Below are positions 18,616 through 29,009 of a DNA stretch of 64,000 nucleotides, piece by piece (the stretch's first letter is position 1; each line of letters begins with the position of its first letter). The notes below the pieces were generated by a model that searched no databases, had not been told where the DNA came from, and saw nothing but the letters and a program-made list of their open reading frames with translations. Origin of the DNA: Bermanella sp. (GTDB lineage Bacteria > Pseudomonadota > Gammaproteobacteria > Pseudomonadales > Oceanobacteraceae); assembly GCA_034112345.1 (NCBI GenBank), contig JAWUVN010000036.1, forward strand, positions 2,792 to 66,791, written 5' to 3'. The translations under genes and the position numbers were made by a program.

Positions 18616-18945
18616 CTAAAGCTTGCAGTCAAATTCCCCTTTGTTGGCTCCACGCATTAAGATTTTACATTTAGTATTTAATATCCAAAGGCCACCACCA
18701 CAGTTTAATCGTACATTTTCAAGGCCGTTAATGATAAAGCCTTCACAGCTGCGCCTTACGGCTTTTAAGTGATCGCCTTTACAGCTTATGGTTAACGAAT
18801 CTGTCCCTGCTCGTAGAGCTTGGCAATTTTTCTCGATATCTACCAAGCTGAATTGATAGCCGGGTAGCTTACTGCTATTTATCTCTGCGGCTATTATATG
18901 GCCTGAAATAAGAGTACAAATTAACAAGGTGAATAACGCTTTCAT
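18616..18945 (-). CDS. Small secreted hypothetical protein with three Cys-x13/14-Cys repeats
   Basis: GGAG RBS before ATG 18945, signal peptide MKALFTLLICTLISGHIIA, six Cys in the mature part. Confidence 0.7.
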   Translation of the reverse strand: MKALFTLLICTLISGHIIAAEINSSKLPGYQFSLVDIEKNCQALRAGTDSLTISCKGDHLKAVRRSCEGFIINGLENVRLNCGGGLWILNTKCKILMRGANKGEFDCKL

Positions 18946-19166
18946 AGTAATCTCCATGATGTTCAATTTGACTATAGACAATATCTGCCGAATTGCAGAG
19001 TTTTAACAAATTTGTTCACTTTTAGCCCTACTGAAGCAAATCAAGCCAATTCAAGGCTAAATCTGGCTTATGGGGTTGGGTTTCTGTAGAATATGCCCCC
19101 TTATTTTTGTTCATATCTAGGCTATTAATTGCAATAGACTAGGGAAATTCCTAATAGGAGCACTGA

Positions 19167-20384
19167 ATGTCGAAGATCAACAAGATTGTTTTGGCTTACT
19201 CCGGTGGTTTGGATACCTCTGTAATCGCAAGATGGTTACAAGAAGAGTACCAAGCTGAAGTCGTTACCTTTACTGCTGACCTAGGTCAGGGTGAAGAAGT
19301 TGAACCAGCTCGCGCGAAAGCAGAAGCCATGGGCATCAAAGAGATCTACATTGACGACTTACGCGAAGAGTTTGCACGTGACTTCGTATTTCCTATGTTC
19401 CGTGCTAACGCCATATACGAAGGCGAGTACTACTTAGGTACGTCTATCGCTCGTCCGCTTATTGCTAAGCGCTTGATCGAAATTGCAAAAGAAACGGGCG
19501 CAGATGCCATTTCTCACGGCGCAACAGGTAAAGGCAACGACCAAGTACGTTTTGAGCTAGGTGCTTATGCTCTTATGCCTGGTGTTCAAGTGATTGCTCC
19601 TTGGCGCGAATGGGATTTGAACTCTCGTGAAAAATTGATGCAATACTGTGAGGATCACGGTATTCAAATTGAGAAGAAAAAAGGCAGCAAGTCTCCTTAT
19701 TCAATGGACGCTAACTTGCTTCATATCTCTTACGAAGGCGACATTCTAGAAGATCCTTGGAATGAACCAGAAGAAGACATGTGGTTATGGACCGTTTCAC
19801 CTGAAAACGCGCCAGATGAAGCAACTTACATCGAAATGGGCTACAAAAATGGTGACCCTGTTTCTATCGATGGCAAAGACATGTCAGCAGCTGAGATCAT
19901 GGAATACCTAAACAAGGTAGCTGGCGCCAATGGTATTGGTCGTACCGATATTGTAGAAAACCGTTACGTAGGCATGAAAGCACGTGGCTGTTACGAAACT
20001 CCGGCTGGCTTTGTAATGCTTAAAGCTCACCGTGCAATTGAATCAATCACGCTAGATCGCGATGCGGCTCACCTTAAAGATGAAATGATGCCTCGTTACG
20101 CTGAGCTAATTTATAACGGTTACTGGTGGTCTCCTGAGCGTAAAATGCTGCAAGCGGCGATCGACGAAACTCAGACATACGTTAACGGTACAGTTAAACT
20201 TAAGCTATATAAAGGCAACATCACTGTTGTTGGCCGTAAGTCAGAAGATTCATTGTTTGACGAAAGCATTGCAACATTTGAAGACGATGAAGGCGCTTAC
20301 GATCAGAAGGATGCAGCAGGCTTTATCAAGCTTCATGCTCTGCGTTTACGTACTGCTGCTAAAAAAGGCCGTGATTTACTTTAA
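19167..20384 (+). CDS. argG: Argininosuccinate synthase
   Basis: '[11 protein letters not shown]', '[14 protein letters not shown]', '[14 protein letters not shown]'; AGGAG RBS; codon usage typical of a highly expressed gene. Confidence 0.98.
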   Translation: MSKINKIVLAYSGGLDTSVIARWLQEEYQAEVVTFTADLGQGEEVEPARAKAEAMGIKEIYIDDLREEFARDFVFPMFRANAIYEGEYYLGTSIARPLIAKRLIEIAKETGADAISHGATGKGNDQVRFELGAYALMPGVQVIAPWREWDLNSREKLMQYCEDHGIQIEKKKGSKSPYSMDANLLHISYEGDILEDPWNEPEEDMWLWTVSPENAPDEATYIEMGYKNGDPVSIDGKDMSAAEIMEYLNKVAGANGIGRTDIVENRYVGMKARGCYETPAGFVMLKAHRAIESITLDRDAAHLKDEMMPRYAELIYNGYWWSPERKMLQAAIDETQTYVNGTVKLKLYKGNITVVGRKSEDSLFDESIATFEDDEGAYDQKDAAGFIKLHALRLRTAAKKGRDLL

Positions 20385-20410
20385 GTCTTAAGGTATATCA
20401 GTATCCGATC

Positions 20411-20442
20411 AAGCCTAATCTTTTATGAGATTAGGCTTTTTT
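20411..20442 (+). terminator. Intrinsic terminator of argG
   Basis: AAGCCTAATCT-tttatg-AGATTAGGCTT followed by T run. Confidence 0.85.
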
Positions 20443-20516
20443 ATGTGTATTCCCCCATGAAGTCGTTCAGCTGAACTAAGCTTATTACCACGTATGGTTA
20501 ATTGATAGCTACTTGC

Positions 20517-21776
20517 ATGAACACAGAACGTAAATACACCACTGACATTCGTGTTGACACAAGACAAGCCTTTCTGACCATAGCAAGGGCATTGGATTAT
20601 GTGGGTATAGATGACGTGCATCATGCTCACAGAGTGGCTTATACCGCATACGAATGTGGTCAATTATTAAATTGGCCTCCCCTCAAGTTAGAAAAAACCT
20701 TTTATTCGGGCTTGCTACATGATTGTGGTGTGACATCCAGTAAAGAACATTTACGACTATTAGAGGGGATGATTCCAAGTAATGTAGATGAACACTGCGA
20801 GAGGGGGTTCAATGCACTAAACAAAAATGTCTTGTTATGTGCGTTTGCAAATATTGTTCGGTACCACCATACCCCGTGGGCAGAACTAAAAAACCTTGAT
20901 CTAGACACTGAAACTAAAGACATTACGGCACTTATTCATTTGGCAGATAGGGTGGATTTCTTACGTGCGCGTTATGCTCATGAAACGCATCCTGAAGCTG
21001 TCACTCTGTATGAAGGCTTGATAGCCGAAAATATACTCAGTAAAAAAGATACACTCTTCCAGCCTGAATTTGCTGAAGCGATGGCACGGCTGGTAAATAT
21101 TGATGGCTTTTGGTTTGCGATGGATTACGATCGAATCGAAGCCATAGGACTAGAATTCAATGCTTATAAACCTTTCAATAGCACATTAGAAATACATCAG
21201 ATTACGGAGCTCGCTTCATTTTTAGCAAATATAGTGGATGCAAAAAGCCCGTTCACTTATCACCACTCACAAAAGGTGGCTAAGCTTTCAAAAATGCTAG
21301 CCATAGATGCAGGCTTGAGTGTAGATAACAGTGACATGGTGTACGTAGCAGGTTTGCTACATGATGTAGGGAAGCTGAAAACACCTGATGAAATACTCTA
21401 TAAAAATGGGCCTTTAGAGGGTGTAGAGTTATCAATAATGAAAAGGCATTCAGTTGATACCTTGATTACCTTAGATCATTTTTTTCCAGATTCAAAGATA
21501 GGGCAATGGGCAGCTAATCATCACGAAAAGTTAGATGGCTCTGGATACCCATATCAACTGCAAGGTGAGCAGTTAGATATTGAATCGCGGATAATTGCTA
21601 TTGCAGATATTTTTCAAGCTTTATCTCAAACGCGTCCGTATCGAGGGCAACTATCCTTTGAAGAAATTACTACAATTATGGACCCAATGGTAGAGGATGG
21701 AAAATTAGATAAAGATATTTATCAATTGATCCTGATAAAGCAGGACGAGTATTACCAGCTCTCATCAGAAGCATAG
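20517..21776 (+). CDS. Tandem HD / HD-GYP cyclic-dinucleotide phosphodiesterase
   Basis: N-terminal LLHDCG..YHH, C-terminal LLHDVGK and HHEKLDGSGYP, 'RPYR'; ATG 20517 preferred. Confidence 0.9.
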   Translation: MNTERKYTTDIRVDTRQAFLTIARALDYVGIDDVHHAHRVAYTAYECGQLLNWPPLKLEKTFYSGLLHDCGVTSSKEHLRLLEGMIPSNVDEHCERGFNALNKNVLLCAFANIVRYHHTPWAELKNLDLDTETKDITALIHLADRVDFLRARYAHETHPEAVTLYEGLIAENILSKKDTLFQPEFAEAMARLVNIDGFWFAMDYDRIEAIGLEFNAYKPFNSTLEIHQITELASFLANIVDAKSPFTYHHSQKVAKLSKMLAIDAGLSVDNSDMVYVAGLLHDVGKLKTPDEILYKNGPLEGVELSIMKRHSVDTLITLDHFFPDSKIGQWAANHHEKLDGSGYPYQLQGEQLDIESRIIAIADIFQALSQTRPYRGQLSFEEITTIMDPMVEDGKLDKDIYQLILIKQDEYYQLSSEA

Positions 21777-22246
21777 ATAAAGCTATATAACGCAGACGCT
21801 TTAAATATTATGACTGATACTTCATTTAAAAACTTTTCATTCTTGATCTTAATAAAGCCTTTTAAAGGCTAACTCGAATATTACCATTAGAAAGCTACTT
21901 AAAATCCCCCAGTCTTTAAATTATATATTTTGTGATGACATACATCTAACTTTTAGATCAACGGGCATCGTAGATGAAAATAATAGATTTTTATATCAAT
22001 TATAATTATTGTGTTTAGCATAATTGTGCTTGATTAATCACAGCTGGATATATTGATGAAGGACCCATTTGTCGGTATGGAATTAATCGATATACTTTAA
22101 GAACAAAATCTTTTTGATAGCTACTTCCTAATTAGCATAAGACATTTTGCGCACAAGGGTGCAATGTATATCCCTTTAGGTTATTACTAATAATTGATAC
22201 GGTGCTATTCTTATATCAAGCCATATTTTACGTTTAAGGCCATAGT

Positions 22247-24418
22247 GTGACTAAAATCCCTTCTATTTACAGTGATAATCAACGCGATAGTAACGAGCAA
22301 TTAGAGTTTGTTATTAACGCGGCTGGTGTGGGGGTGTGGGATTGGAATGTGAAAACAGGCGAATTAACATTTAATGATCGGTGGGCTGAAATTATTGGCT
22401 ATACAGTTGAGGAATTACAGCCTGCACAGTTTGATACATGGTCTAAAAACCTTCATCCAGATGATTTTATTAAGACAGAACTGTTAAAAAAACATTTTGA
22501 TAAAGAAGTAGAATTTTATAATATTGAAGCCAGAATGAGGCATAAGTTAGGGCATTATGTTTGGGTGTTGGCTTCAGGAAAGGTTGTTGAGAGGGATGAA
22601 AAAGGCAATCCAAAACGCATGATTGGTACGCATTTAGATGTGACAGATCGAAAGAATAATGAAGAACGTTTAACTGTAAGCAGTCAACTACTAAATGAAT
22701 CTCAAAAGATCGCACGATTAGGGGGGTGGGAATTAGATTTATTAACAGGCTTGTTATATTGGACTGATGAAACCTATCATATTCATGATACTTGCCCTGA
22801 AGAATTTAACCCAAGCGTTGATGCTGGGGTGGATTATTTCTTACCAAAGTCTAAGGAGATTATATCTCAAGCACTGGATGATGCGCTTAATAAATGCATA
22901 GGATATGACTTAGAACTTGAAACCTTTACCACAAAGGGTAGAAAAATAGATGTACGAACCACATGCACCGTTACTGAGAAGGATGGTAAACCCATTCGAC
23001 TAGCCGGAATTTTCCAAGACATAACCGAACAAAAATCTATTCAAAGAAAGTTAGAAAAAACAAATTTAAATTTGGAAAAAGCCAATTCAGCCCTAAGTTT
23101 TTCAGCACATTATGATGCGTTAACAGGATTGCCAAATCGTAATCTCTTAGCTGATCGCATGCAGCAAGCCATTTCAAAAAGTATCCGGAATAAAAAAATA
23201 GTGGCAGTCGCATTTATTGACCTGGATGGGTTCAAAACGATCAATGACAGTCATGGCCACAGCACGGGTGATGAATTTCTTAAGCAAGTGGGCGCCCAAT
23301 TAAAGCAAGCATTACGTGAAGGGGATACATTGTCTCGTATTGGGGGAGATGAGTTTGTCGCCTTAATAGACGATCTTGATACCATCAGTGCGAGTGAAAT
23401 AATTTTAACCAGAATGTTAGAGTCAGTGGCGACTACCTTACAAGTGAATAACGTTTTATTAAGCTTGTCTGCGAGTATCGGCGTTACCTATTATCCTCTA
23501 GACGGTAGCAATCCTGATCAATTAATCAGACATGCTGATCAAGCGATGTATGTTGCTAAGCAAAATGGTAAAAATCGTTATCATGTTTTTGACATTGAAA
23601 AAGATGTGGCAGTTAAACACCGAACTGAAGAGTTACGATTAATAGCTTTAGCATTAAAGAATGATGAGTTTGAACTGCATTATCAGCCAAAGGTAGATTT
23701 AAGAACAAATATTGTATTTGGAGTAGAAGCCTTAATTCGATGGAATCACCCTGAAAAGGGTGTGCTGGCACCGGCTTTATTTTTACCCGCTGTAGAGCAT
23801 GATGTATTGGGTATTGAAATTGGTAACTGGGTTGTTAACGCCGCTTTGGCTCAGATTGAAAAATGGAATGAGCAAGGTTTCAACATTCCCATCAGTGTTA
23901 ATATTAGCCCGATGCATTTACAGCGTTCACAATTTATTACTGAATTAAAGTCGATTCTTGGTCAGTACCCTGATTGTATTCATGAAAACCTTGAATTAGA
24001 AATTTTAGAGAGCAGTGCGTTAAAAGACATTGCATTGGTTTCTAAAGTGATTAAGGAGTGTAATCAGTTAGGCCTAAAATTTTCGATCGATGACTTTGGT
24101 GCTGGGTATTCGTCATTAATGTATCTTAAGCGGTTACCGGCCGAGTATTTGAAAATTGATCAGTCATTTGTACGAGACATGTTATTGGATGAGGATGATA
24201 AGGCTATTATTCAAGGCATCATTGAATTAGCAAAAGTATTTAATCTTAAGGTTATAGCAGAAGGCGTAGAAACCCCTGAGCATGGTAAACAACTATTATC
24301 GTTAGGCTGCTACCTGGCTCAAGGTTATGGCATAGCTAAGCCAATGCCAGTAAGTAAGGTCTTAGACTGGCTAGAAACTTGGGAGAACAATCCTTGCTTA
24401 GTTGACCGATCTGAATAG
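22247..24418 (+). CDS. PAS-PAS-GGDEF-EAL protein
   Basis: Two PAS_3-like domains (GVWDWN, GGWELD), GGDEF intact, EAL 'VEALIRW', DDFGAGYSS, EGVE. Confidence 0.93.
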   Translation: MTKIPSIYSDNQRDSNEQLEFVINAAGVGVWDWNVKTGELTFNDRWAEIIGYTVEELQPAQFDTWSKNLHPDDFIKTELLKKHFDKEVEFYNIEARMRHKLGHYVWVLASGKVVERDEKGNPKRMIGTHLDVTDRKNNEERLTVSSQLLNESQKIARLGGWELDLLTGLLYWTDETYHIHDTCPEEFNPSVDAGVDYFLPKSKEIISQALDDALNKCIGYDLELETFTTKGRKIDVRTTCTVTEKDGKPIRLAGIFQDITEQKSIQRKLEKTNLNLEKANSALSFSAHYDALTGLPNRNLLADRMQQAISKSIRNKKIVAVAFIDLDGFKTINDSHGHSTGDEFLKQVGAQLKQALREGDTLSRIGGDEFVALIDDLDTISASEIILTRMLESVATTLQVNNVLLSLSASIGVTYYPLDGSNPDQLIRHADQAMYVAKQNGKNRYHVFDIEKDVAVKHRTEELRLIALALKNDEFELHYQPKVDLRTNIVFGVEALIRWNHPEKGVLAPALFLPAVEHDVLGIEIGNWVVNAALAQIEKWNEQGFNIPISVNISPMHLQRSQFITELKSILGQYPDCIHENLELEILESSALKDIALVSKVIKECNQLGLKFSIDDFGAGYSSLMYLKRLPAEYLKIDQSFVRDMLLDEDDKAIIQGIIELAKVFNLKVIAEGVETPEHGKQLLSLGCYLAQGYGIAKPMPVSKVLDWLETWENNPCLVDRSE

Positions 24419-24468
24419 TCAGAATCAAGATTGGTTGCAACTATAAGTAGTATTAGAGGGGACAGCGA

Positions 24469-24840
24469 TTACAGATCTAAATACTGGGAAATCATAAATG
24501 AATCCCCTTTGCCTTCTTCGTGTCCAAAGTAACTCACTGGTTCGCGTACATCATTTTCAACGCTGCCTACTTCACAATCCAAAGCGAATTTTTTTGCTAG
24601 ATCATTAAATAAGTTGATTGGGAATTTAAGTTGAACGCTTTTTTTAACGGTTTGAGTGATGCCTAATTGCCAGTCTTCACAATCATCGCTACTGCAATCG
24701 TTAATGAGAGCCACATCTGCCACAGCATTGTCATCAACATAAGTCTGCAAGCTAGCCAAAATGTCAGGAAGGTTTTGTTTAAGCTTTTTCTCTTGGTTTT
24801 CTTCAAGGCGATCACTGGCGATTAAAACGTAGATTTGCAT
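24469..24840 (-). CDS. Hypothetical protein (acidic, ~123 aa)
   Basis: Open frame with globular composition immediately downstream of tRNA-Arg; no recognised motif. Confidence 0.65.
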   Translation of the reverse strand: MQIYVLIASDRLEENQEKKLKQNLPDILASLQTYVDDNAVADVALINDCSSDDCEDWQLGITQTVKKSVQLKFPINLFNDLAKKFALDCEVGSVENDVREPVSYFGHEEGKGDSFMISQYLDL

Positions 24841-24910
24841 TGTAGTTACCAAAATATAAGGCTTTTTAGTTTCGAATGTTTACTAATTGATAATGAGTAA
24901 ACAATGGATA

Positions 24911-24986
24911 TGGTCTCCCCACCAGGACTCGAACCTGGAGCAGCCGCTTAGGAGGCGGCAGTTTTATCCGGTTAAACTATGGGGAG
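24911..24986 (-). tRNA. tRNA-Arg (anticodon CCT)
   Basis: Reverse complement folds as cloverleaf: acceptor CTCCCCA/TGGGGAG, anticodon stem GCCGC-CTCCTAA-GCGGC, T arm CCAGG-TTCGAGT-CCTGG, encoded CCA end. Confidence 0.96.
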
Positions 24987-25175
24987 CCGATGAGTATTCT
25001 AACCTACCTTCAATAAAACTCAATAAAGTCAGGCACTTAATGCCTTATTTGGATTGAACTATTACTTGTTCTGGATATCAAATCCGTCTACTGTGATATT
25101 AATTCTATTTAGCCTACCCCTATAATTTAAAAACACGTAGGCACTTAGCTCTGATGAGAGAAAAGAGTCCGGATT

Positions 25176-26159
25176 ATGCTTGATACCAAACCATTATTAC
25201 TTGCCCGTGAGTTTCCTGCTATTAACCGCACAAATTTAGAAATTTTGCAGGTAAATTTAGGGTATTTGTGCAATTTAAGCTGCACTCATTGTCATGTAAA
25301 TGCAGGGCCTCGGCGTACAGAGCTCATGGATAAAGAGACCATTAATACCGTATTAGATGTGATTAGAACGAGAGGGGTTAAAACGCTTGATTTAACCGGT
25401 GGCGCACCGGAAATGAATCCTCACTTTCGCTATCTGGTCGCAGAAGCTCGTAAGCTAGGGGTTGAGGTGATTGATCGCTGTAACATTACAATCCTATGTG
25501 AACCGGGATACGAAGATCTGGCTCAATTTCTGTTCGATCAACAAGTGAATGTGGTGGCATCTTTACCATGTTATACACAACAGAATGTAGATGCTCAACG
25601 AGGTAAGGGGGTATTTGACAGCAGTATTGAAGGACTGCTAAAGCTGAATGCACTGGGTTTTGGTAAAGGTAACTCACACTTACCTTTAAACCTAGTTTAT
25701 AACCCCGGCGGGGCGTTTCTTCCTCCGTCACAGGCTTCCTTAAAAAGTGATTATAAAAAGCGCTTAAAAGAGGATTGGGATATTGAATTTGATGATTTGT
25801 ACACCATAACCAATATGCCCATTAGTCGATTTGGCAGTATTTTGGTTTCAAAGGGCCAGTTTAATGATTATATGCAATTGTTAATTGATAGTTATCAGGC
25901 CAGTAACCTAGAAACAGTTATGTGTCGTAACACTGTTAGCGTTGATTACTTAGGTAATTTATACGATTGCGATTTTAATCAAATGCTTGAAATCCCTATT
26001 ACTAAAAAGATTGCTGGTGAAGAAATTAAAGAGCCAGTGGGGCGTCATATTTCAGATTTATTAACCGATGATTTAGAAGGCAATGCTATTGAAGTAGCTG
26101 GGCATTGTTTTGGCTGTACTGCAGGTGCCGGTTCGTCATGTGGCGGTTCTTTATCTTAA
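25176..26159 (+). CDS. arsS: Radical SAM protein, ArsS (arsenosugar biosynthesis) family, Cys form
   Basis: CNLSCTHC, 'LDLTGGAPE', 'ASLPCY', 'YDCDFNQML', C-terminal 'HCFGCTAGAGSSCGG'. Confidence 0.88.
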   Translation: MLDTKPLLLAREFPAINRTNLEILQVNLGYLCNLSCTHCHVNAGPRRTELMDKETINTVLDVIRTRGVKTLDLTGGAPEMNPHFRYLVAEARKLGVEVIDRCNITILCEPGYEDLAQFLFDQQVNVVASLPCYTQQNVDAQRGKGVFDSSIEGLLKLNALGFGKGNSHLPLNLVYNPGGAFLPPSQASLKSDYKKRLKEDWDIEFDDLYTITNMPISRFGSILVSKGQFNDYMQLLIDSYQASNLETVMCRNTVSVDYLGNLYDCDFNQMLEIPITKKIAGEEIKEPVGRHISDLLTDDLEGNAIEVAGHCFGCTAGAGSSCGGSLS

Positions 26160-26206
26160 TGGTTTCATTGGCGGTTAATTAGGGTGAAAAATTTGAGGTT
26201 GGGTGC

Positions 26207-26884
26207 ATGAATAATTTTAATCTCTCTATTATTGTGCCGGTTTATAACGAAGCTGAACACACAGAGAAACTGATACGCCGCCTGCGGTTATTAAATGATG
26301 GCTTGGTGGCCGACATTATTATTGTAGATGGTGGTAGCACTGATGGCACCGCAGAGAAACTGAGCCAGCAATTTAATGTTATTCAAAGCCAGAAGGGCCG
26401 AGCAAATCAAATGAATGCAGGGGCAAAATTGGCCACTGGAACTTGGCTGATGTTTGTTCATGCCGATACTGAAGTTGCGCCCAGCCATATTGAAGCCGCT
26501 GTATCGCAAGGTGCTATGCATAAATGGGGACGCTTTGATGTCAAACTCAGTGGCAGTAAATTTAGTTTTAGAGTGATTGAAACCTTCATTAATTTACGTT
26601 CAAAATTAACAGGGGTAGCAACTGGTGATCAGTGCATATTTGTTCGCAAGGCTGTGTTCGATGAGTTAGACGGTTTTACCAATATTCCTTTAATGGAAGA
26701 CGTCGATCTTTCAAAGCGATTAAAAGCATGCGGAAAACCAGCATGTTTGAAAAAAGTAATCGTCACATCAAGCCGTCGATGGGAAGAGTACGGCACCCTG
26801 AATACGGTGTTGTTAATGTGGAAGTTGCGTTATTTATTTTGGCGCGGTGTTTCACCAGAAGAGTTAGCTAAGTTATACCGCTAA
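26207..26884 (+). CDS. GT2 glycosyltransferase, TIGR04283-like (ArsS-associated)
   Basis: 'SIIVPVYNE', 'VDGGSTD', 'GRANQMNAGA', 'HAD', 'TGDQCIF', 'LMEDV', 'TSSRRW'. Confidence 0.88.
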   Translation: MNNFNLSIIVPVYNEAEHTEKLIRRLRLLNDGLVADIIIVDGGSTDGTAEKLSQQFNVIQSQKGRANQMNAGAKLATGTWLMFVHADTEVAPSHIEAAVSQGAMHKWGRFDVKLSGSKFSFRVIETFINLRSKLTGVATGDQCIFVRKAVFDELDGFTNIPLMEDVDLSKRLKACGKPACLKKVIVTSSRRWEEYGTLNTVLLMWKLRYLFWRGVSPEELAKLYR

Positions 26885-26933
26885 ACAGTTCAATATCCTT
26901 TCTTATTTTTAATTTATAGATTTAATTGTATTT

Positions 26934-27560
26934 ATGAAACTTGATTGCATAGTTATTCAATTTGCCCGTTTTCCTACATTGGGGGGGGTAAAAACACGTT
27001 TACACCCTGAATTAGGAAAAGAAGGGTGCTTAGCGTTGTACTTACAATTGCTAAAACATGTGCATGATCAAGTACAACAAAGTGATTTATTTCACGTCAT
27101 TTCACTGGATGGCACCGGGAATCATCCATTGGTTAACAGCCTAATGGAAATGACTCCTATGATTTTACAGCAGGGAGGTGATCTTGGTGAGCGCATGTTT
27201 AACGCCATTGAATGGGGATTAACTAAAGCCAATAAAGTAATCATAATTGGAAGCGACTGTGCGGTGTTAAATCAAAGTCATTTAAATGCAGTGAAAGATG
27301 CACTTAATGACCACTCACATACTTTTATTCCGGCGGAAGATGGCGGTTATGTTTTAGTAGGAGCGACCGAATCTTACCGAGATATATTTGAAAATATCGA
27401 GTGGGGTATCAATACCGTTATGGAAAAAACTAAGCAAGCAATTGAATCAGGCAATAAAAAAGCGGCTTATTTACCGCTTCTATGGGATGTGGATAGGCCA
27501 GAGGATTATCATCGGTTGTTAGACTGTTACCCTAACTGGCCCGAGCTTAAAAAAATCTAG
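26934..27560 (+). CDS. TIGR04282/DUF2064-like glycosyltransferase (ArsS-associated)
   Basis: 'FAR.P..G.VKTRL', 'QGGDLGERM', 'IIGSDC', 'PAEDGGYVLVG', 'WDVDRPED'. Confidence 0.88.
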   Translation: MKLDCIVIQFARFPTLGGVKTRLHPELGKEGCLALYLQLLKHVHDQVQQSDLFHVISLDGTGNHPLVNSLMEMTPMILQQGGDLGERMFNAIEWGLTKANKVIIIGSDCAVLNQSHLNAVKDALNDHSHTFIPAEDGGYVLVGATESYRDIFENIEWGINTVMEKTKQAIESGNKKAAYLPLLWDVDRPEDYHRLLDCYPNWPELKKI

Positions 27561-28345
27561 CCACTTTTTTCAGTTTCAGTGCTTTGTTCTTCAGGCTCTT
27601 TATTCTTTCCCTCTTTTTTATCGGCGGCAGCTTGTTGTTTACGCTGCTCTTCAAATTGCAACTTATTTACAAATTGCTCGATATAGCGCTGTTTCATACC
27701 GCTAAGAGGCTGAAAAGAAAACCCACAGAAGGTCATATCTTTTTCTTCATTATAAATGGCGTGCCGTGCATCTAGACCACAATCCATTGATTCGTCACCC
27801 ACATGCAAAGTAGATTCATCAAAGTTACTAATGGTTTTAAGATCGTCACCTATTTTACCTTTAAAGTAAGCTTTAAAACCGGATCCTGAAATATCTTGTA
27901 GGCGGCCTTTAAAAGTCCGCTCGTCTTCACTTGAACGAAATACACAATGAACTGAATAGGTACGTGGCATCATGGCGCGATAGGCGTCACGGCGTTGTAG
28001 GTATAATAATTTTTCGGGAAACTTAGTAATGTATTCTTGATTGCTAGAGCGGTATTTAATGCCACCTTCAAGGTGAAGCGACACCATAATGCCACGAAAA
28101 TCGGCAGTCAGTTCTAAACTCTTACCCGCTTTAAGCAGTTCGTTACCTGCCTCAGGAATAAGTTTATCAAAAGCAAAGGCTTTGGATTTTAAATCAACTT
28201 TTGTAATGGCGGTCGAAAACGCCTCGTCAACGCCATCAAAACGAGCAGTCAGTTTGGGCGCGTAACGTATTAACCGTTGAATCGCCCGATAAATTTCTTC
28301 AGGGCTGGTTAAATAATTTTCTTCTGTTTCTTGAGCCTGTTCCAT
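27557..28345 (-). CDS. ycgR: Flagellar brake protein YcgR/FlgZ (PilZ domain)
   Basis: QRRDAYR (RxxxR) and DISGSG (DxSxxG); downstream of flgN. Confidence 0.88.
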   Translation of the reverse strand: MEQAQETEENYLTSPEEIYRAIQRLIRYAPKLTARFDGVDEAFSTAITKVDLKSKAFAFDKLIPEAGNELLKAGKSLELTADFRGIMVSLHLEGGIKYRSSNQEYITKFPEKLLYLQRRDAYRAMMPRTYSVHCVFRSSEDERTFKGRLQDISGSGFKAYFKGKIGDDLKTISNFDESTLHVGDESMDCGLDARHAIYNEEKDMTFCGFSFQPLSGMKQRYIEQFVNKLQFEEQRKQQAAADKKEGKNKEPEEQSTETEKSG

Positions 28346-28423
28346 GACATTTGTCTATATAGTTGTTTAATGAGGGAATGAGCGAGTTAATCTGAGCTGA
28401 TGCTAAGCATCATGCTGATTAAA

Positions 28424-28909
28424 CTAGGCTTCACCTAAAGTGTGGCGTTGACGGTTTCCTTTGTCAGAACCACTTTCATTATATAAGTTTGGCTGATTTT
28501 TGTTGCCATGCAAGATATTTAATAAAGCACGTGTTCGATTACGGCTGTGATGGATAACAATTCCGTTTTCTTCGTTCTGTTTAATGACCGCTTCAAACTC
28601 AGTTTTAAGCTCTCGCCACTGCGTGTGCAGTAGAGATGTTGGATCAGGAGTAAGGGTGTTAATTAAGGATTCAAAGCCTTGTTCGGACGATTCAAAACCA
28701 TGCGCGGAAAGATAGTCCAAACGAATTTGAACTTGCTTTTTAAATCGAGCAAGCAAAGACTTCTTATGTTGAGCACTGCCTTCAACAGCATTAATGTCAT
28801 TTTTCAATAAAGCATCCGATTCTTTACTAAGAACCGCTCTTAATTGGTCTAGGGTAGTTTGTTCTTTAGCAAGTAATGTTGCTAATTCATCTACCGTAGC
28901 ATGAGACAT
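28424..28909 (-). CDS. flgN: Flagellar export chaperone FlgN
   Basis: Helical protein with 'QNEENG' and 'LY...G' motifs; synteny after flgM. Confidence 0.88.
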   Translation of the reverse strand: MSHATVDELATLLAKEQTTLDQLRAVLSKESDALLKNDINAVEGSAQHKKSLLARFKKQVQIRLDYLSAHGFESSEQGFESLINTLTPDPTSLLHTQWRELKTEFEAVIKQNEENGIVIHHSRNRTRALLNILHGNKNQPNLYNESGSDKGNRQRHTLGEA

Positions 28910-29009
28910 AGTGCTTCCTTAATTTAGTTAAAATTGTACGTTAAATTGTAAGCTTAAAAGCTAGCCATTCAATTATTTCGTTCAATATTCAACGCTGTCA
29001 TTTAATGAC

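Noticed and set aside
26130-26159. Selenocysteine in ArsS
   Set aside because: The GSSCGG codon is TGT (Cys) and there is no in-frame TGA
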